Origin: Albugo candida
Taxonomy: Eukaryota
Assembly (NCBI GenBank): GCA_040437565.1
Contig: JBDOQK010000019.1
Coordinates: forward strand, 310,001-374,000
Direction: 5' to 3'
Length of the DNA stretch: 64,000 nucleotides
In this document: positions 50,455 to 63,737 of the stretch, in pieces
Position numbering within the stretch: the stretch's first letter is position 1
How the letters are laid out: each line of letters begins with the position of its first letter
Program-made: the position numbers and the translations under genes
The notes under the pieces: generated by a model
The model's input: the letters and a program-made list of their open reading frames with translations, nothing else
What the model was told of the DNA's origin: nothing
Databases searched by the model: none

Positions 50455-51598
50455 ATGACAGGCAGTTTCGTGGGCGTAGCTTCTCAGCTTTTAGTCATTT
50501 CTCCTATGACGTCGTACATTTTACGGATGAAAAGATTCTCCAAACGCGTGCGTGTGACGCTCGCAATTGTATTTTTAATATCTGTCGCTGCGTTTTCTAT
50601 TGTAAGCTGCCAAAAACGCAATTTTTATGGATAGGACCACTCATTTTTGCTCTTTAGATAAGTGAACAGACAAATCCGGCATCGAATTTATATTCGCTTA
50701 TGGGTATAAGGCGAGACGCGAGCCCAAATGATATCAAACGCGCGTTTCGATTACGTTCAGTGGAACTGCATCCTGACAAAAACCCATCGGAAAATGCAGA
50801 GGAAGAATTCAATCGCTTACGTGCAGCATTCGATATTCTGAGCAATGCTGAAAAAAGGCGTCTTTATGACTGTTTTGGAGAAGACGCTATTGCGAAGGAC
50901 CAAATGACGCTAATGATCGAAACGGGTCTGAAAAGCTTTAGTTTCTATGCCATTTGGGCTGTCATGGTATACTTTTTCACGCTCAAAGAGGAAAACAAGC
51001 AAGCACGAAGTTGGGTGTATTGTGGAGAGGTCATGTTGCTCATTTTCGAAACTAATTTGCTGTTTGGAAGAAGAGATTTTGACCTTCCTTTCAGTTTATT
51101 TTCATTCGTCACAATTCATGAATTTGTGACTGCAATTCATTCCGCATTTCCGTTTTTTATGAATGGATGTCGAGCGATTTCGACGTTCTATTATCGTGAC
51201 ATCATGCAGGAGAATTTGACGCTTGGATTCGAATTACTGAAGAGCAATAAGGTATGTTGAGCTATCGTGATGCGTAGAGAGATTGGCTGAACTGGGATTT
51301 ATAGCAAATTGCCCTCGGAATTCGGGAATTGAAGGCGGAAGTCACATCAATGCAACGTCGCCCTATCCGAGACGCTGGTGGCTCCACCGCTACTATCGAA
51401 TCAGAATCCGATACAAATCTCACCAAGCGAAGTAAATTGACAAAAAGTATTGCCAAACCGATCGAAAAAGATCTATTTGCAAAAGAGAAAGAATTGGCGA
51501 CTCCTACACCTCAGGTACCAGCCCCACGAAAAATCAAAATTCCGCTGTATGCGGTCGCCATCGCCGTACTTGTGATCGCAAAGTACCTACTCATGTAG
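50455..51598 (+). CDS. Multi-pass membrane DnaJ/Hsp40 J-domain protein (3 exons)
   Basis: N-terminal hydrophobic segment; NLYSLMGIRRDASPNDIKRAFR...LHPDKN...ILSNAEKRRLYD; further TM-like segments; C-terminal tail anchor PLYAVAIAVLVIAKYLLM. Confidence 0.88.
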
Positions 51599-51717
51599 CT
51601 TTTCGCTGGCAATTGAGCATTTCGAGTACAGAAGCAGTCTTCAAAGCTGGTTCACTCAAGATAGACGATTGCACCAATACAGAAAAAAAATACTGAACAC
51701 GTGTTTAATTCACAAAG

Positions 51718-53168
51718 CTAATTTGATACTGTTGTGATCGGTGGGAATGGCTGCGCTTTGCTCACAACCAGAATCTTTTTCTGATGCGACATATATCCTT
51801 TGATATATCCTTTGAAGATGAGGTTCGCGAGTATGCATTCCAATTCGTTCATGTCCATTGCTTCGTCGGTCACAAACGAACACGCCAACTGCAAGTCGCT
51901 GAATCGAAGCTGATGGGACTGGCGGATGAGATATCTATAACATCTATCAACAAGCCGAGCAATTTTCCGCTTCTAAAGAACGTACACTTTTTTCAAGAGA
52001 TTCCGAAATACCACCAGACGAAGCTTTTCAATGAGAAGGAAAACTCCTTGCTGGATGTATTTATCCTGATACCGCTCCAGATACGTGTTGAATGATCGCA
52101 AATCTCCGCATCGGATGGCTTCTGTCAAGCCGTTGTATTCGTCCAAAGCATAAGAGCTCATGAGCTGAGGCGAAGGCATTATTCCAAGCAGTAATTTGAC
52201 TGGTACGAGAAATTGCAGGATCATTCTGCTCAGAGATACCTCAGAAACCTCGGTACTCGCTGTCCGATCTCGTACCTTTTGTTCCGGACGTGAGTCTTAT
52301 GACAATGTTCCCAAGCATAATCCAAGCATTTCTCCGCTTTGTGATACTGATCTTCAAACATTGAGATACNNNNNNNNNNNNNNNNNNNNNNNNNNNNNNN
52401 NNNNNNNNNNNNNNNNNNNNNNNNNNNNNNNNNNNNNNNNNNNNNNNNNNNNNNNNNNNNNNNNNNNNNTTCTTTAGTTTTATACTTTGCTGAAACCCGT
52501 GATGTGGAACACGCGCGATAAATTGCTCACTGACCACGGACTTGCTGGATGGTGAAGAGAAAACCAGCACTTTGGACATTTTGGCTCGAGCAGATCGAGT
52601 TCCGGAGCTTGGGGTGTATGCTGCTCTTCAACTCAGACCCAACCGATTAAAAGCTGCAATTTCAAAGTTCCAATTGTGAGCGATGTGATGGCATTAGATG
52701 GCCAAAAAGCGGTTGGAAGTCTCGATATTGCAGCGTACATGGAAGAATATGGCGCTTTAATCTCGTGTCTAATAAGTAAGTACTCTGGGAGACTGTACCT
52801 GTCGCTTTTTGCTGAGCGCATTCTGTAGCGCTCAAGGCGAAAGCTTATTTTCACCGAAAAGATCAAACGGACTCAGTCGCTCATCAGAGAAAAGGCACCT
52901 TTATCGTGCGGTCCGACGACCCTGAGCTTCAAAGCGCACTTGATGATCACAGTCTGACACGAGAATGTTCCCAAGCATAATCCAAGCATTTCTCCGCTTT
53001 GTGATACTGATCTTCAAACATTGAGATACGTCCAACGTAATACTGATACGTGACTTTATCGGCTCTGCTGAATCGCTCAAAAGCCGGGAATGCCGGACCT
53101 TCAACGGCTCGTATCAAATTTCGACACAAATGAATCGTATTGAGCTGCACAGAACGAGTTTACCGCAC
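51718..53168 (-). CDS. PCID2: PCI-domain protein 2 (PCID2/CSN12/Thp1), 3' half; broken by a gap and a repeat, 5' half missing
   Basis: LNTIHLCRNLIRAV, VTYQYYVGR, LDYAWEHC...NKRMILQFLVPVKLLLG, GVFLLIEKL...RNLLKKV, ECILANLIFKGYIKGYMSHQ...VVSKAQPFP. Confidence 0.88.
52470..52969 (+). repeat. Diverged copy of 54860-55360 (multicopy degenerate gene family) inside the PCID2 locus
   Basis: Colinear with 54860-55360 with scattered substitutions, and more distantly with ~62650-62920. Confidence 0.8.
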
Positions 53169-55507
53169 NNNNNNNNNNNNNNNNNNNNNNNNNNNNNNNN
53201 NNNNNNNNNNNNNNNNNNNNNNNNNNNNNNNNNNNNNNNNNNNNNNNNNNNNNNNNNNNNNNNNNNNNGAGGAAGCATTTGATTCCATTCATGCAACACT
53301 GAAGAATAAGCAACAGGTTTCATCAGATGATTGATAATCAAGCAGTCCAGCTGGTTCTGTTCTCCATCATATTCGAGATGAGAAGTCTTTACTCAAATGA
53401 CAAAGGTAACGAATTCCGCTCTATCCGTTCCTCCCTTTGATCACTCAGAGGTTATGCTATCAGTCCGGGTTGACGAAAATATCAGGCAAATGTCACCAAA
53501 GAAGATCATCCTATCGAACACTTCTTGCAAATACGCCAAATGACTCTGCCGCAGATGATAAAAGACCAATTACACGTCACGATTATTGGTCGCAAAGCAT
53601 CGAGTGGGTTCTTGCACTGCACAAGTTTCCTTGATAACTGGCCGGTTTTGATCTGATCTTTTTTAGGGATGAAGTCCAGTGCACGAAATTCATCGGAGAA
53701 GCTATTTTCTTGCTGAAGTATCTGTTCTCCGCAAAACTTATATTGTTGTGGTGCGATAAATTGTGACGCGATATTTGCGTCGCATCATGCAAGTTTTCAT
53801 TCTAGTCTAACTGGTTTTGTTGTTTTATATCGTCTTGATTCAGCATTGCGCGATGAAGCTCTAATACGCATCATCATGGGCCTGAGCGTTACGTCAGAAG
53901 CGTAGAAAAATAATCGGATTGAAACGTTCATGAATGTTTCGAAGTTGAAGGATGGATCCAACTATAGCAAAGACGTACGCACAACTTGAGGCAAATTGAC
54001 TTGAAGCATTGAGAGAATAATTTCGATTGGATGTTAGGTTTTTGACACAGCGTCGCCTCATTTCATTAGTGATCTAATTGATGGGGTGCCACTGGTACGA
54101 GAACGACTGAAAATCAATTATATCAAGACTTGACGTGGAAGTTTCCATGCCATTTTGGGTTTGAAATAAAGTGTCAAGATGCAAAGTACGTGCTTGCATG
54201 TTGCATACTTGAAAAACAGAGACTTTTATTCAATGGGAGAAGATTATCGTCACAAAGCTTTAAGCTGAAAGCACGCGGTCCGTTTACAGCTCATCGTTTG
54301 CATCGGAGCTTTACTGCGGGAAGCGAATTAACACACATTTACTGTACTGTTCGCACAAGGAAGAATCACCCAGATCAGCCACTTGTACTTGAGAGTGGCA
54401 AAAGCAGTTTGAGACTAAAGACGCTCGTGTTCTTCGCGGCATGGTCGAGTCTTACTTACAAACAGAGAAACAGAAACTGGCCTCATGTGAACGAATTAAA
54501 TATGGAATGATCGTCTTCAACTGATGCATGGGATAGGACACTACCGTGAATGTCCTGTGCAGGCTCGCGGATGTCTTGGAAAACAACAAAGAAGTTTGCG
54601 TTGAAGAAATGATTNNNNNNNNNNNNNNNNNNNNNNNNNNNNNNNNNNNNNNNNNNNNNNNNNNNNNNNNNNNNNNNNNNNNNNNNNNNNNNNNNNNNNN
54701 NNNNNNNNNNNNNNATGTAACACGGTTAGAATGACACAAGGAATTAATGCATGGAATATATTTACAAATTTGATCGCAGTCTATTTGCAAAAGTGCAACT
54801 TGTACGAAGTTCAATCCAGGAGCTTGACGACATTCGGTACAGGTCGCCTTCTATTCTATTCTTTAGTTTTATACTTTGCTGAAACCCGTGATGTGGAACA
54901 CGCGCGATAAATTGCTCACTGACCACGGACTTGCTGGATGGTGAAGAGAAAACCAGCACTTTGGACATTTTGGCTCGAGCAGATCAAGTTCCGGAGCTTG
55001 GGGTGGATGCTGCTCTTCAGCTCAGATACAACCGATTAAAAGCTGCAATTTCAAAGTTCCAATTTTGAGCGATGTAATGGTATTAGATGGCCAAAAAGCG
55101 GTTGGAAGTCTCGATATTGCAGCGTACATGGAAGAATATGGCGCTGTGAATCTCGTGTCTAATAAGTAAGTACTCTAGGAGACTGTACCTGTCGCTATTT
55201 GCTGAGCGCATTCTGTAGCGCTCAAGACAAAAGCTTATTTTCACCGAAAAGATCAAACGGAGTCAGTCGTTCATGAAAGAAAAGGCACTTTTATCGTGTG
55301 GTCCGACGACCCTGAGCTCCAAAGCGCACTTGATGATTAAAGTCTGACACGAGAATGTTCGAGCCCAACAAAGATGACGTACGGAAAAGTGGAAGAGATC
55401 GAACCGNNNNNNNNNNNNNNNNNNNNNNNNNNNNNNNNNNNNNNNNNNNNNNNNNNNNNNNNNNNNNNNNNNNNNNNNNNNNNNNNNNNNNNNNNNNNNN
55501 NNNNNNT

Positions 55508-56390
55508 TATGCTTGTGTCTTCCATTATTGCTGTCGGAGCTTGTATATCATCATAAGTGGAGGTACCCAGGGATCCTAAGAATCCCTTTCCGTAGGAATA
55601 AACGGAAGCAGTGCCACGATTTTGAGTTGAGAAATGATGCACAAAAGGTATTGAATACACGGCAGTAATTGAGGGAGCTTTAGGAGCCGTATCACCTCTT
55701 TTTACCAATGATAATCGATACTTGAGCGCATAATAAGCACCAAATTTCGCTGGCATTTCCACCAGATGAGCAATCCTAAAGCAAGGTACTACCCAAATTT
55801 ACTCTACTGCTGCTACGCTAGGACATACGAAGTACGCATAAATGCCAGGAGCCTTTAATGGATGAGTTTGAAGTAGCAATTTAGCAAAATACTTTATATG
55901 AATTACAATTATGGGTTAATACTTGAACTGTTTGCAGCTGAACAGCTACTTCATACATCCACAATCTTCAAGCTTCGTTTGTATCGCTTGCATCCATAAT
56001 GACGTAATGAGGTCATCGCATAGAGGCATCTGCTATCCATGCAATCTCGAGTAATGACGTCATGGGGTCATTCATTGCATGGATGCATGCGATACAAACG
56101 AAGCTTGAACAATGACGTCATGGGGTCATCGCATGGATGCATCTGATGCCCATGGAACCTCGGTGCACTAGCAGTTCTTGAGTTTCAATTCCAGTATGTT
56201 CACCTGCATCCTCAATGACGTGATGAGGTCAATGGTGGGATGCGCTTGATGTTCACACGCTGCCGGTCTTTGATAGGAGTTGGCAGTTTCAGCTGCTTCG
56301 GTTGCGACTGCACCTATTCAGTGGCGTTCTTTGCCCGCTTTGACCGCGTTCAAGTATGCCAGCTTAGTCTCTATACAATGCCTGAAGTCT
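55508..56390. repeat. Dispersed/tandem repeat block, paralogous to 57340-58400
   Basis: Colinear diverged copies including 'aatgacgtcatggggtcatcgcatggatgcatctgat' units and the 3' end of the coiled-coil gene. Confidence 0.85.
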
Positions 56391-56399
56391 TCAAATTGT

Positions 56400-57320
56400 C
56401 GGGAATAAACAGCTAGGCAACGCGATGGCCTTGGCTGGATTGCAATGCGCCATCCCTGTCATTACCGTCGCCGGTGATTCACCTCCCAAGACGGTGAAAC
56501 AGACTGGTTAAGAACGTATTGCACCAAGAAAACCAATCGTGGCCAGTCGCACAAATGAATGCGTAATTTACTCGCGAGGGCACGAAAAACACGAAGGAGA
56601 TCTTTGTTTACCACTTCAACAATCCCGTTTGCCCATGGGCATCGTGCAGTCGTAATGTGATGGTAGGCTCCCAGGGAATCACGAAGGTCCTCGATCACTT
56701 CATTCTTGAAATGAGATCCGTGATCGCTAACCCACGGTGACATATCCCAAATGATGCAATCGAATCCAGCAATACCTCGCGTGTGTTTATGGCGTCTGCA
56801 TCGGCCACGGCTTTTAGCCACACATACTTAGAGGCATCGTCTTTGAACACTAGAATGTAGCGCTGTCCCGTTTTGAATTCCAATATACAAATAGTCCCAG
56901 TGTAACAAGTCGTTCGGCTTCGTACCCTGGAGCCCTTCTCCAGGAACTTGCAGAACTGTTCCTTCCGTTGCACTACAGCGCAAACATTGCCTGACAAACA
57001 TCCGAACATCTTGCTTCAATGTTTTCCAATCGTAAATTTCGGCCACGTTTTGAGTCGTCACATCGACTCCGTGATGGCTACCAATACCAAAATGGGCCAC
57101 GATACACAGTCTGACCTGAAGCTCGGACGCCTCGTCTGGGATCCATATTTTCCCCGATTCCGTACGGCACACTCCATCAAGCTGTTGATCCAACTGAGTT
57201 TTTGCTGCTTGCTGAGTTTTCACTATTTCACCAATGGTCGGCCAAACAAAATCCGATTCCAAACTTAGAGACAGTGGGCGGGGCTTTAGGTAGATCGCGC
57301 AGACTGTTTGAACCACCATT
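56400..57320 (-). mobile_element. Degenerate Ty3/Gypsy integrase fragment
   Basis: HHCC: AHFGIGSHHG...CLRC. DDE core: LHWDYL, LVFKDDASKY, WVSDHGSHFKN, PWANGIVEVVN. Frameshifted across three ORFs. Confidence 0.88.
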
Positions 57321-58332
57321 CTGAAGAAATGCTTTCAATGCTCGTGTCTCCCATTATTGCTGTTGAAGCTTGTACATCATCATAAGTGGAGGTACCAAGA
57401 GATCCCAAGAACCCCTATCCGTGGGAATAAACGGAAGCAGTGTCGAAATGATGCACAAAAGGAATTGAATACACATTCATAAATGATTGCGCTTTGGGAA
57501 CCGTATTGCGCCTCTTTAGCAATGATGATTGATACTGGAGCGCATTTCCAAAACTGAATTTCGCTGGCATTTCCACCAGATGAACAATCACAAAGCAAGG
57601 TGCTACCTCAAATCTACTCTACGCTGCTACTACGCTAAGACATACGAAGTACGCATAAATGCCAGGAGCCTTTAATGGATGAGTTCAAAGTAGTAATTTA
57701 GCAAAAAAGTTTATATTAATTACAATTATGGGTTAATACTTGACCTAGTTGCAGCTGAACAGCTACTTCATACATCCACAATCTTCAAGCTTCGTTTCTA
57801 TCGCATGCATCCATAATGACGTAATGAGGTCATCGCATAGATGCATCTGATATCCATGGAATCTCGAGTAATGACGTCATGGGGTCATCGCATGGATGCA
57901 TCTGATGCCCATGGAACCTCGGTGCACTAGCAGTCCTTGAGTTCAGTTCCAGTATGTTCACCTGCATCCTCAATGACGTGATGAGGTCAATGGTGGGATG
58001 CGCTTGATGTTCACACGCTGCCGGTCTTTGATAGGAGTTGGCAGTTTCAGCTGCTTCGGTTGCGACTGCACCTATTCAGTGGCGTTCTTTGCCCGCTTTG
58101 ACCGCGTTCAAGNNNNNNNNNNNNNNNNNNNNNNNNNNNNNNNNNNNNNNNNNNNNNNNNNNNNNNNNNNNNNNNNNNNNNNNNNNNNNNNNNNNNNNNN
58201 NNNNNNNNNNNNGTTCACCTGCATCCTCAATGACGTGATGAGGTCAATGGTGGGATGCGCTTGATGTTCACACGCTGCCGGTCTTTGATAGGAGTTGGCA
58301 GTTTCAGCTGCTTCGGTTGCGACTGCACCTAT

Positions 58333-60240
58333 TCAGTGGCGTTCTTTGCCCGCTTTGACCGCGTTCAAGAATGCCAGCTGAGTCTCCAAACAATGCCTGA
58401 AGTTTTGAAGTATCGATCTTGACTTGAGTGCCTCCGTTTTCAGCTCCAGCTTTTCCTTAATCATATCCTTCATCTTGGTTTCATCCTCTTCGTGCTGTAA
58501 TCGGTACAAGCGCCCCCTCGAGTTGCTTTGGTTTCCCGTGGCCGTTGTTTGAGCTCCAGTTGAGACGAAAGTCTTGGTACCACGCGTCTTCTGCATGTTG
58601 TCCAGTTTTGTTTGTTGCGCTTCCATAAAAACCTTCAGGTCCTGAATCATTGTCTCTGACTTCAGCAAATCCAACTTGAGCTCATTCTGACGATCCGTAA
58701 GCTGCTTTAACTGAGATTCATCTTCTTCGTGCACCTTCATCGTTGCGTCCAGCTTGCTTCGACACATAATGTTGCGTTGTCGACTAGCGTCCAACCTTTG
58801 TTCAAGTTCTTCGACATCCGTCTTGAGCTTGCACACTTGTTCAGTGGTATCTTGAAACTTGGTCGTTTTATCTATCAATGTGCGAGAAAGCTGAGTTTTA
58901 TCTTCGTATAGCTGCGCATTGTCGTCCTTCAGACGTGCATTCTCATCCAGACGCTCTGGAGTTACCTTAGCTGGACGGGTGACGGAAGTTCGGGTCATCG
59001 TTGGTCCCACATCCACAGCTGCACCTGTAGCGGAGCTACTCTAGCTCCTTGCCAGAGGAAGGCTATCTGCGCAACGAGCAATTTAGTTCTTTGAAAGAAC
59101 TAGACTCAACGAGTCAAGAAGCTTTAAAGCTTAAGGTCCTTGTTCATGGGACCTAACGATTCCGGGAATCGACAACATAGCACAAGTGCACAAGATCTGA
59201 GACGCCTGAAGCAGGTACGTGTCTCTAACAGATCTAAAGGGGAATTGTTCTTTATTTATTTTTATTTCGAAGAGTACCTTACGCTAAACGTACCTAACCT
59301 AGGTACCAATATCCGATGGCTGACACGCGTCAGCTCCTACAGCGAATAACCCAAAGCGTCTCAAATGTGTACCACACTGCATNNNNNNNNNNNNNNNNNN
59401 NNNNNNNNNNNNNNNNNNNNNNNNNNNNNNNNNNNNNNNNNNNNNNNNNNNNNNNNNNNNNNNNNNNNNNNNNNNNNNNNNNTAGCTCCTTGCCAGAGGA
59501 AGGCTATCTGCGCAACGAGCAATTTAGTTCTTTGAAAGAACTAGACTCAACGAGTCAAGAAGCTTTAAAGCTTAAGGTCCTTGTTCATGGGACCTAACGA
59601 TTCCGGGAATCGACAACATAGCACAAGTGCACAAGATCTGAGACGCCTGAAGCAGGTACGTGTCTCTAACAGATCTAAAGGGGAATTGTTCTTTATTTAT
59701 TTTTATTTCGAAGAGTACCTTACGCTAAACGTACCTAACCTAGGTACCAATATCCGATGGCTGACACGCGTCAGCTCCTACAGCGAATAACCCAAAGCGT
59801 CTCAAATGTGTACCACACTGCATAACGGTTACTAACCGACGTGTAACCCCGTTACAGCACCCATCCTACGGACGGAATAAGTGTCACGAATCATCACCGG
59901 AGATGCTCGTCTTGTTGCAGTAGCCCGTGCTGCATTTGTCCCGGAAACGCGGGTCACGATCGGCGTTTGTCCAATTGAATTTGTTCGTGTTGCATTTGTC
60001 GTCGAGATGCGAGCTGTGGTCGATGCCGTGTCTAGTCGTTGTGTGTTTGCTCGCGCCGTTCGTGTCGTTGTTGGTGCTGGTGTTGGTCGAGCCGCGCGCT
60101 GTCGTGTTGGTGTCCACGCGGACGTCTCTGTTGCATCCGCTCGTACCACATACCCGGCCGACACTCTTCATCATCGACGGTGTCAAATTCCTCGCTGGTG
60201 TAACCATATTCGTTGTCGCAGTCTGTCGCACTCGCTGCAT
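58333..60240 (-). pseudogene. Thr/Arg-rich plus coiled-coil protein gene interrupted by an LTR
   Basis: Removing the LTR and one TSD joins ...DTYSVRRMGA (ORF 59832-60164) in frame to AVDVGPTMTRTS... (ORF 58333-59016, heptad-like coiled coil). Possible additional frameshift near 60165. Confidence 0.7.
59026..59856 (-). mobile_element. Gypsy LTR (~390 bp; solo LTR or collapsed full element) with 5-bp TSD GCACC
   Basis: Termini TGTAGCGG...CCGTTACA; GCACC at 59021-59025 and 59857-59861. The LTR sequence is repeated across the gap 59383-59482. Same family as 20925-21288. Confidence 0.92.
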
Positions 60241-60409
60241 TCGTAAAGTGACTAGTTGACTTGGAACGAGTATGAAATGAGAAAAGCAGGAAGTACACAT
60301 ATTCCCCTAACCTCCCAAATATCTTAGCATGATGCTGCATGCTGATTGGAGTTATCACCTCATGATACTTGCCGATTTCTGAGGGAACGGAGGCGATATC
60401 GGCGTTGGC

Positions 60410-63045
60410 GCATGGGGGACATATCGATCGGTGTATTTTATTCTATGTGTTCTTTTGCATGGAATGATCGATGCGAAGGACACACATAGAATGACATATA
60501 CCCATCGATATGTGCAACTGATGCATTTGGGTTGGGCATTGGCGCCGCTATTTTTAGATAATGCGGCGTCACGATGTACCTATTATTCCAAAATTGTGGC
60601 TTGCACATGCGAATGCTTTGTAGATGGACCTGTTGTATTGTTGTTTTAGTATGTAGAAGTGTAATGATAATGAAATCAGTTCAGTTATCTAAGACGGTTT
60701 GAATGACACAAGGAATTAATGCAAGAATATATTTACAAATTTGATCGCAGTCTATTAGCAAAAGTGCAACTTGTACGAGGTTCAATCCACGGGCCTGATG
60801 CGTTCATCCTCTGATTCGTCGCGAGCGAGCCACGAATCCCCATCATAAAGCAAAGCTGTGTCCATCCATAGACAAGAAAGACATAAAGAAAAAATAACGT
60901 GTGTTTGGTTTGATAGTATGAGTACTCTTCAGCACAACCTTTTTTCACCGTTTTCCAACACATCCGCGACATTGCGCAGACGTCCACAATGTTTACACTC
61001 AGTTGAAGCGTAGTGTGATATTGCCATCTCAACTAATCCCCTCGCATACAACTGATTCGTTGCTTCGTTCAGAAACGCGTTCACATCTTTTCATCAATTC
61101 TGAAAGGTCTCGGGCCGCCCGCAAGTCTCTGTTGTACTGTAGTTGTGCATCCAATTGAGTCTGCATCATTTACGATCTTTTCCATACGACCGTTGTGTTT
61201 GCTTTCCCACCCAACCAACACACGCACGATGAAAAGATCACATCGCAACCCAGTTGGAGATTCTGAAATGCTTTGCTGCACAAATTGTGACGATGCATTC
61301 ATAAGAACAGAGAAGAATACATGTCGTATTGATTGCGGCATTCCCTTCGTGTATAGAAAAGGATGAACTCGACGATCAAAGAAGTGAGACTTGAACGCGA
61401 ATGGAGGGCATGTATACTGTACTGTCACTTGAACGATGAAGAATATTCACCGACGCCTTATCTTCTGAGCGGAGAACACTCCCAGTTTGCACTTATATTC
61501 TGGAATCCAAGATCGTTGTCTGTGCGACGCACGAAGTAGATATGTGGTATTCTTTCACAGTTATAGGTCCAGTGCGAGGCTAAACACATTCTCTAGCGCT
61601 GCAAGGTGATCCTGGCGATACGCTTTACCTCGCACGATTCGCTGGAATACATAAAAAAATGCAGAAAGCCGGCGCTACAGCGATTCTATTTCGGTCATTC
61701 ACCCACACTGACGCATTTATGGATCATAAATACCCTACGATTTCTTCTATCAAAGATAATTCAAGATAAGAAACTCAAGAAACGATTTGCGTCAATTCTT
61801 ACAAAATCAGAAACTGGTCATTTACCTCTGTGATGAAAAGTAACTTCTTGATGACGCACAATCAGCATTTCTGAGTTATTCACTCAATCAATGTTTTCAT
61901 CAAAATTGTCAATATCGAGGTATCGTGTCACGTGAGGAAACAACGAGAAATGCATCTCCGAAAGCGATCGATCTTTTGGAGAGCTTGACGGAATACATTC
62001 GATGTCTGGAACTGACTTGAAGTGTCGGCAAACTTTCGATGCTGAGCCACGCAATATAGTGAATTTTCCGGGACGCTTTCCTCGAAAACGCTTTTAGAAT
62101 CAGAAGAGTGAATAGGCTCTTGCTCCTTGCAATGTATAGCATTGAGAAACCAACGAACAATATAGAAAAAACGAGCGAGACGAAGCTTTCGACTTTGTTC
62201 ATCGTGGTAATGTCTACGACACACCAACAAGCCGCAGTTTCCATTTGTTTATTGCGTGTGAATCAGTACAGCTTGGCCCAGATTCATTATTCTGCATCAT
62301 ATTCGAGATGAGGAATTCTGTACTCGTCTTCGACGGAGGTGTGAAATTTCGCTGCATGTGCATCTCGCTTTGCGCATTTAAAGAGTATACTTTCAGGTCA
62401 GAATTGAAGCAAATATCGGAGAAATGTCACCACCAAAGATCATCTTATTGATACCTATTGCAAATATACCGCTACTTTATCGCAAGAGACTTCATCAGAA
62501 ATGGCCAAAGAACACTTACGCGTCACGATCAACGCGAATCAAATAATGCGCATCAATTCATCTACGCGTTCAAAAGCTTCAATCTGAAACTCTGCGATCG
62601 TGAATGATGTCGTGAAAACAATTGGACATAAAGTGGTGGAGAGCATCGATATAACAGCGTACATCGAAGAGCGTGATGCTTTGGATTTTGTATCTAACAA
62701 GTAATTGTTTTCGGAAACTTCACTTGTTGTTCAATATTTGCTCAATGCATCCTCCAGCGCTCAAGTTGGAAAATCTCTCACCAAATCAGCTTCGAAAGCA
62801 AAAAACGGAATATGTCGCGCATCAAACAAAGGATCACTTCTATTGTGTGGCCTCAAGACCCTGAGCTACATACAGTACACCATCGATGCGAAGAGCCAGA
62901 CACGAGAGATTACGACTCCAACAAACAAGATGAACGACAAAGTGAAAGAATTAAAGCTGGTGGCATCTTTAAAAGGGATATCGCGACGGTGAATAGCTCT
63001 TCCGAAGACTCAGTTACCAAGTTGAAGTCTCCGCCGCATGAGTAG
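60410..63045 (+). pseudogene. Degenerate member of a lineage-specific multicopy gene family (related pieces at 53269-53590, 54715-54820, 54860-55406, 52470-52969)
   Basis: Shared blocks: 'atatttacaaatttgatcgcagtct' (54758/60729), 'catcatattcgagatgag' (53366/62296), 'aaatgtcacca..aagatcatc', 'cagcgtacat.gaaga', 'gaccctgagct'. No long ORF; boundaries approximate. Confidence 0.4.
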
Positions 63046-63737
63046 GTCTCAAAGGTCAAGGCTAAAGGGATTATGGACTTATCGAATTGAAGCAGTATCT
63101 ACTTGATCAGCATCACGAATTGGTGCAGGCAAAACAGAGGCACAACACGTTGGAGGACTAAAAGAATAGGATTAAAGTGCTGGAGTAACTATTGGCAAAG
63201 AAGTCGTGTTTCAAACTCAAACGCCAACTACGGTCCTCGTTGGTGAAGCTCAAAGCAAGAAGTATCAATTTGAGACGGAAATCAATGACCATGAACGAAG
63301 TAATCAGTCAGACCACAATATAATCGGCTTTCTGGCAAACAGCTGAATGTTGAACGGCAGAATACAGCAGTAGTGGACAAACAGGGTCCGTACCCAGCTC
63401 AGTTTTAAGGGTGTTCGCCCGTAGTACTTTTATTTAGACACCTTTATGTTACTACAGTTTGGTGGTTATCNNNNNNNNNNNNNNNNNNNNNNNNNNNNNN
63501 NNNNNNNNNNNNNNNNNNNNNNNNNNNNNNNNNNNNNNNNNNNNNNNNNNNNNNNNNNNNNNNNNNNNNNGTTGGTGAAGCTCAAAGCAAGAAGTATCAA
63601 TTTGAGACGGAAATCAATGACCATGAACGAAGTAATCAGTCAGACCACAATATAATCGGCTTTCTGGCAAACAGCTGAATGTTGAACGGCAGAATACAGC
63701 AGTAGTGGACAAACAGGGTCCGTACCCAGCTCAGTTT

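Larger units (their letters stand above)
46773..51398. repeat. Gap-flanking duplication 46773-49035 / 49136-51398 (probable assembly overlap)
   Basis: Apparently identical ~2.26 kb on either side of the gap. Confidence 0.9.

Noticed and set aside
46773-51398. tilS-DnaJ tandem duplication and the 326-aa 'fusion' ORF 48920-49900
   Set aside because: The ORF reads through Ns and is a gap-overlap artefact.
55990-56160. CRISPR-like array
   Set aside because: Irregular degenerate units, no unique spacers, no cas genes, eukaryotic context.
59881-60300. Overlapping ORFs in several frames as overprinted genes
   Set aside because: Low-complexity GC-richer sequence lacks stops; only one frame joins the coiled coil.
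60695-60725. CHxC/CCG effector motif ('E*HKEL')
   Set aside because: Needs both cysteines to be restored by assumed mutations.
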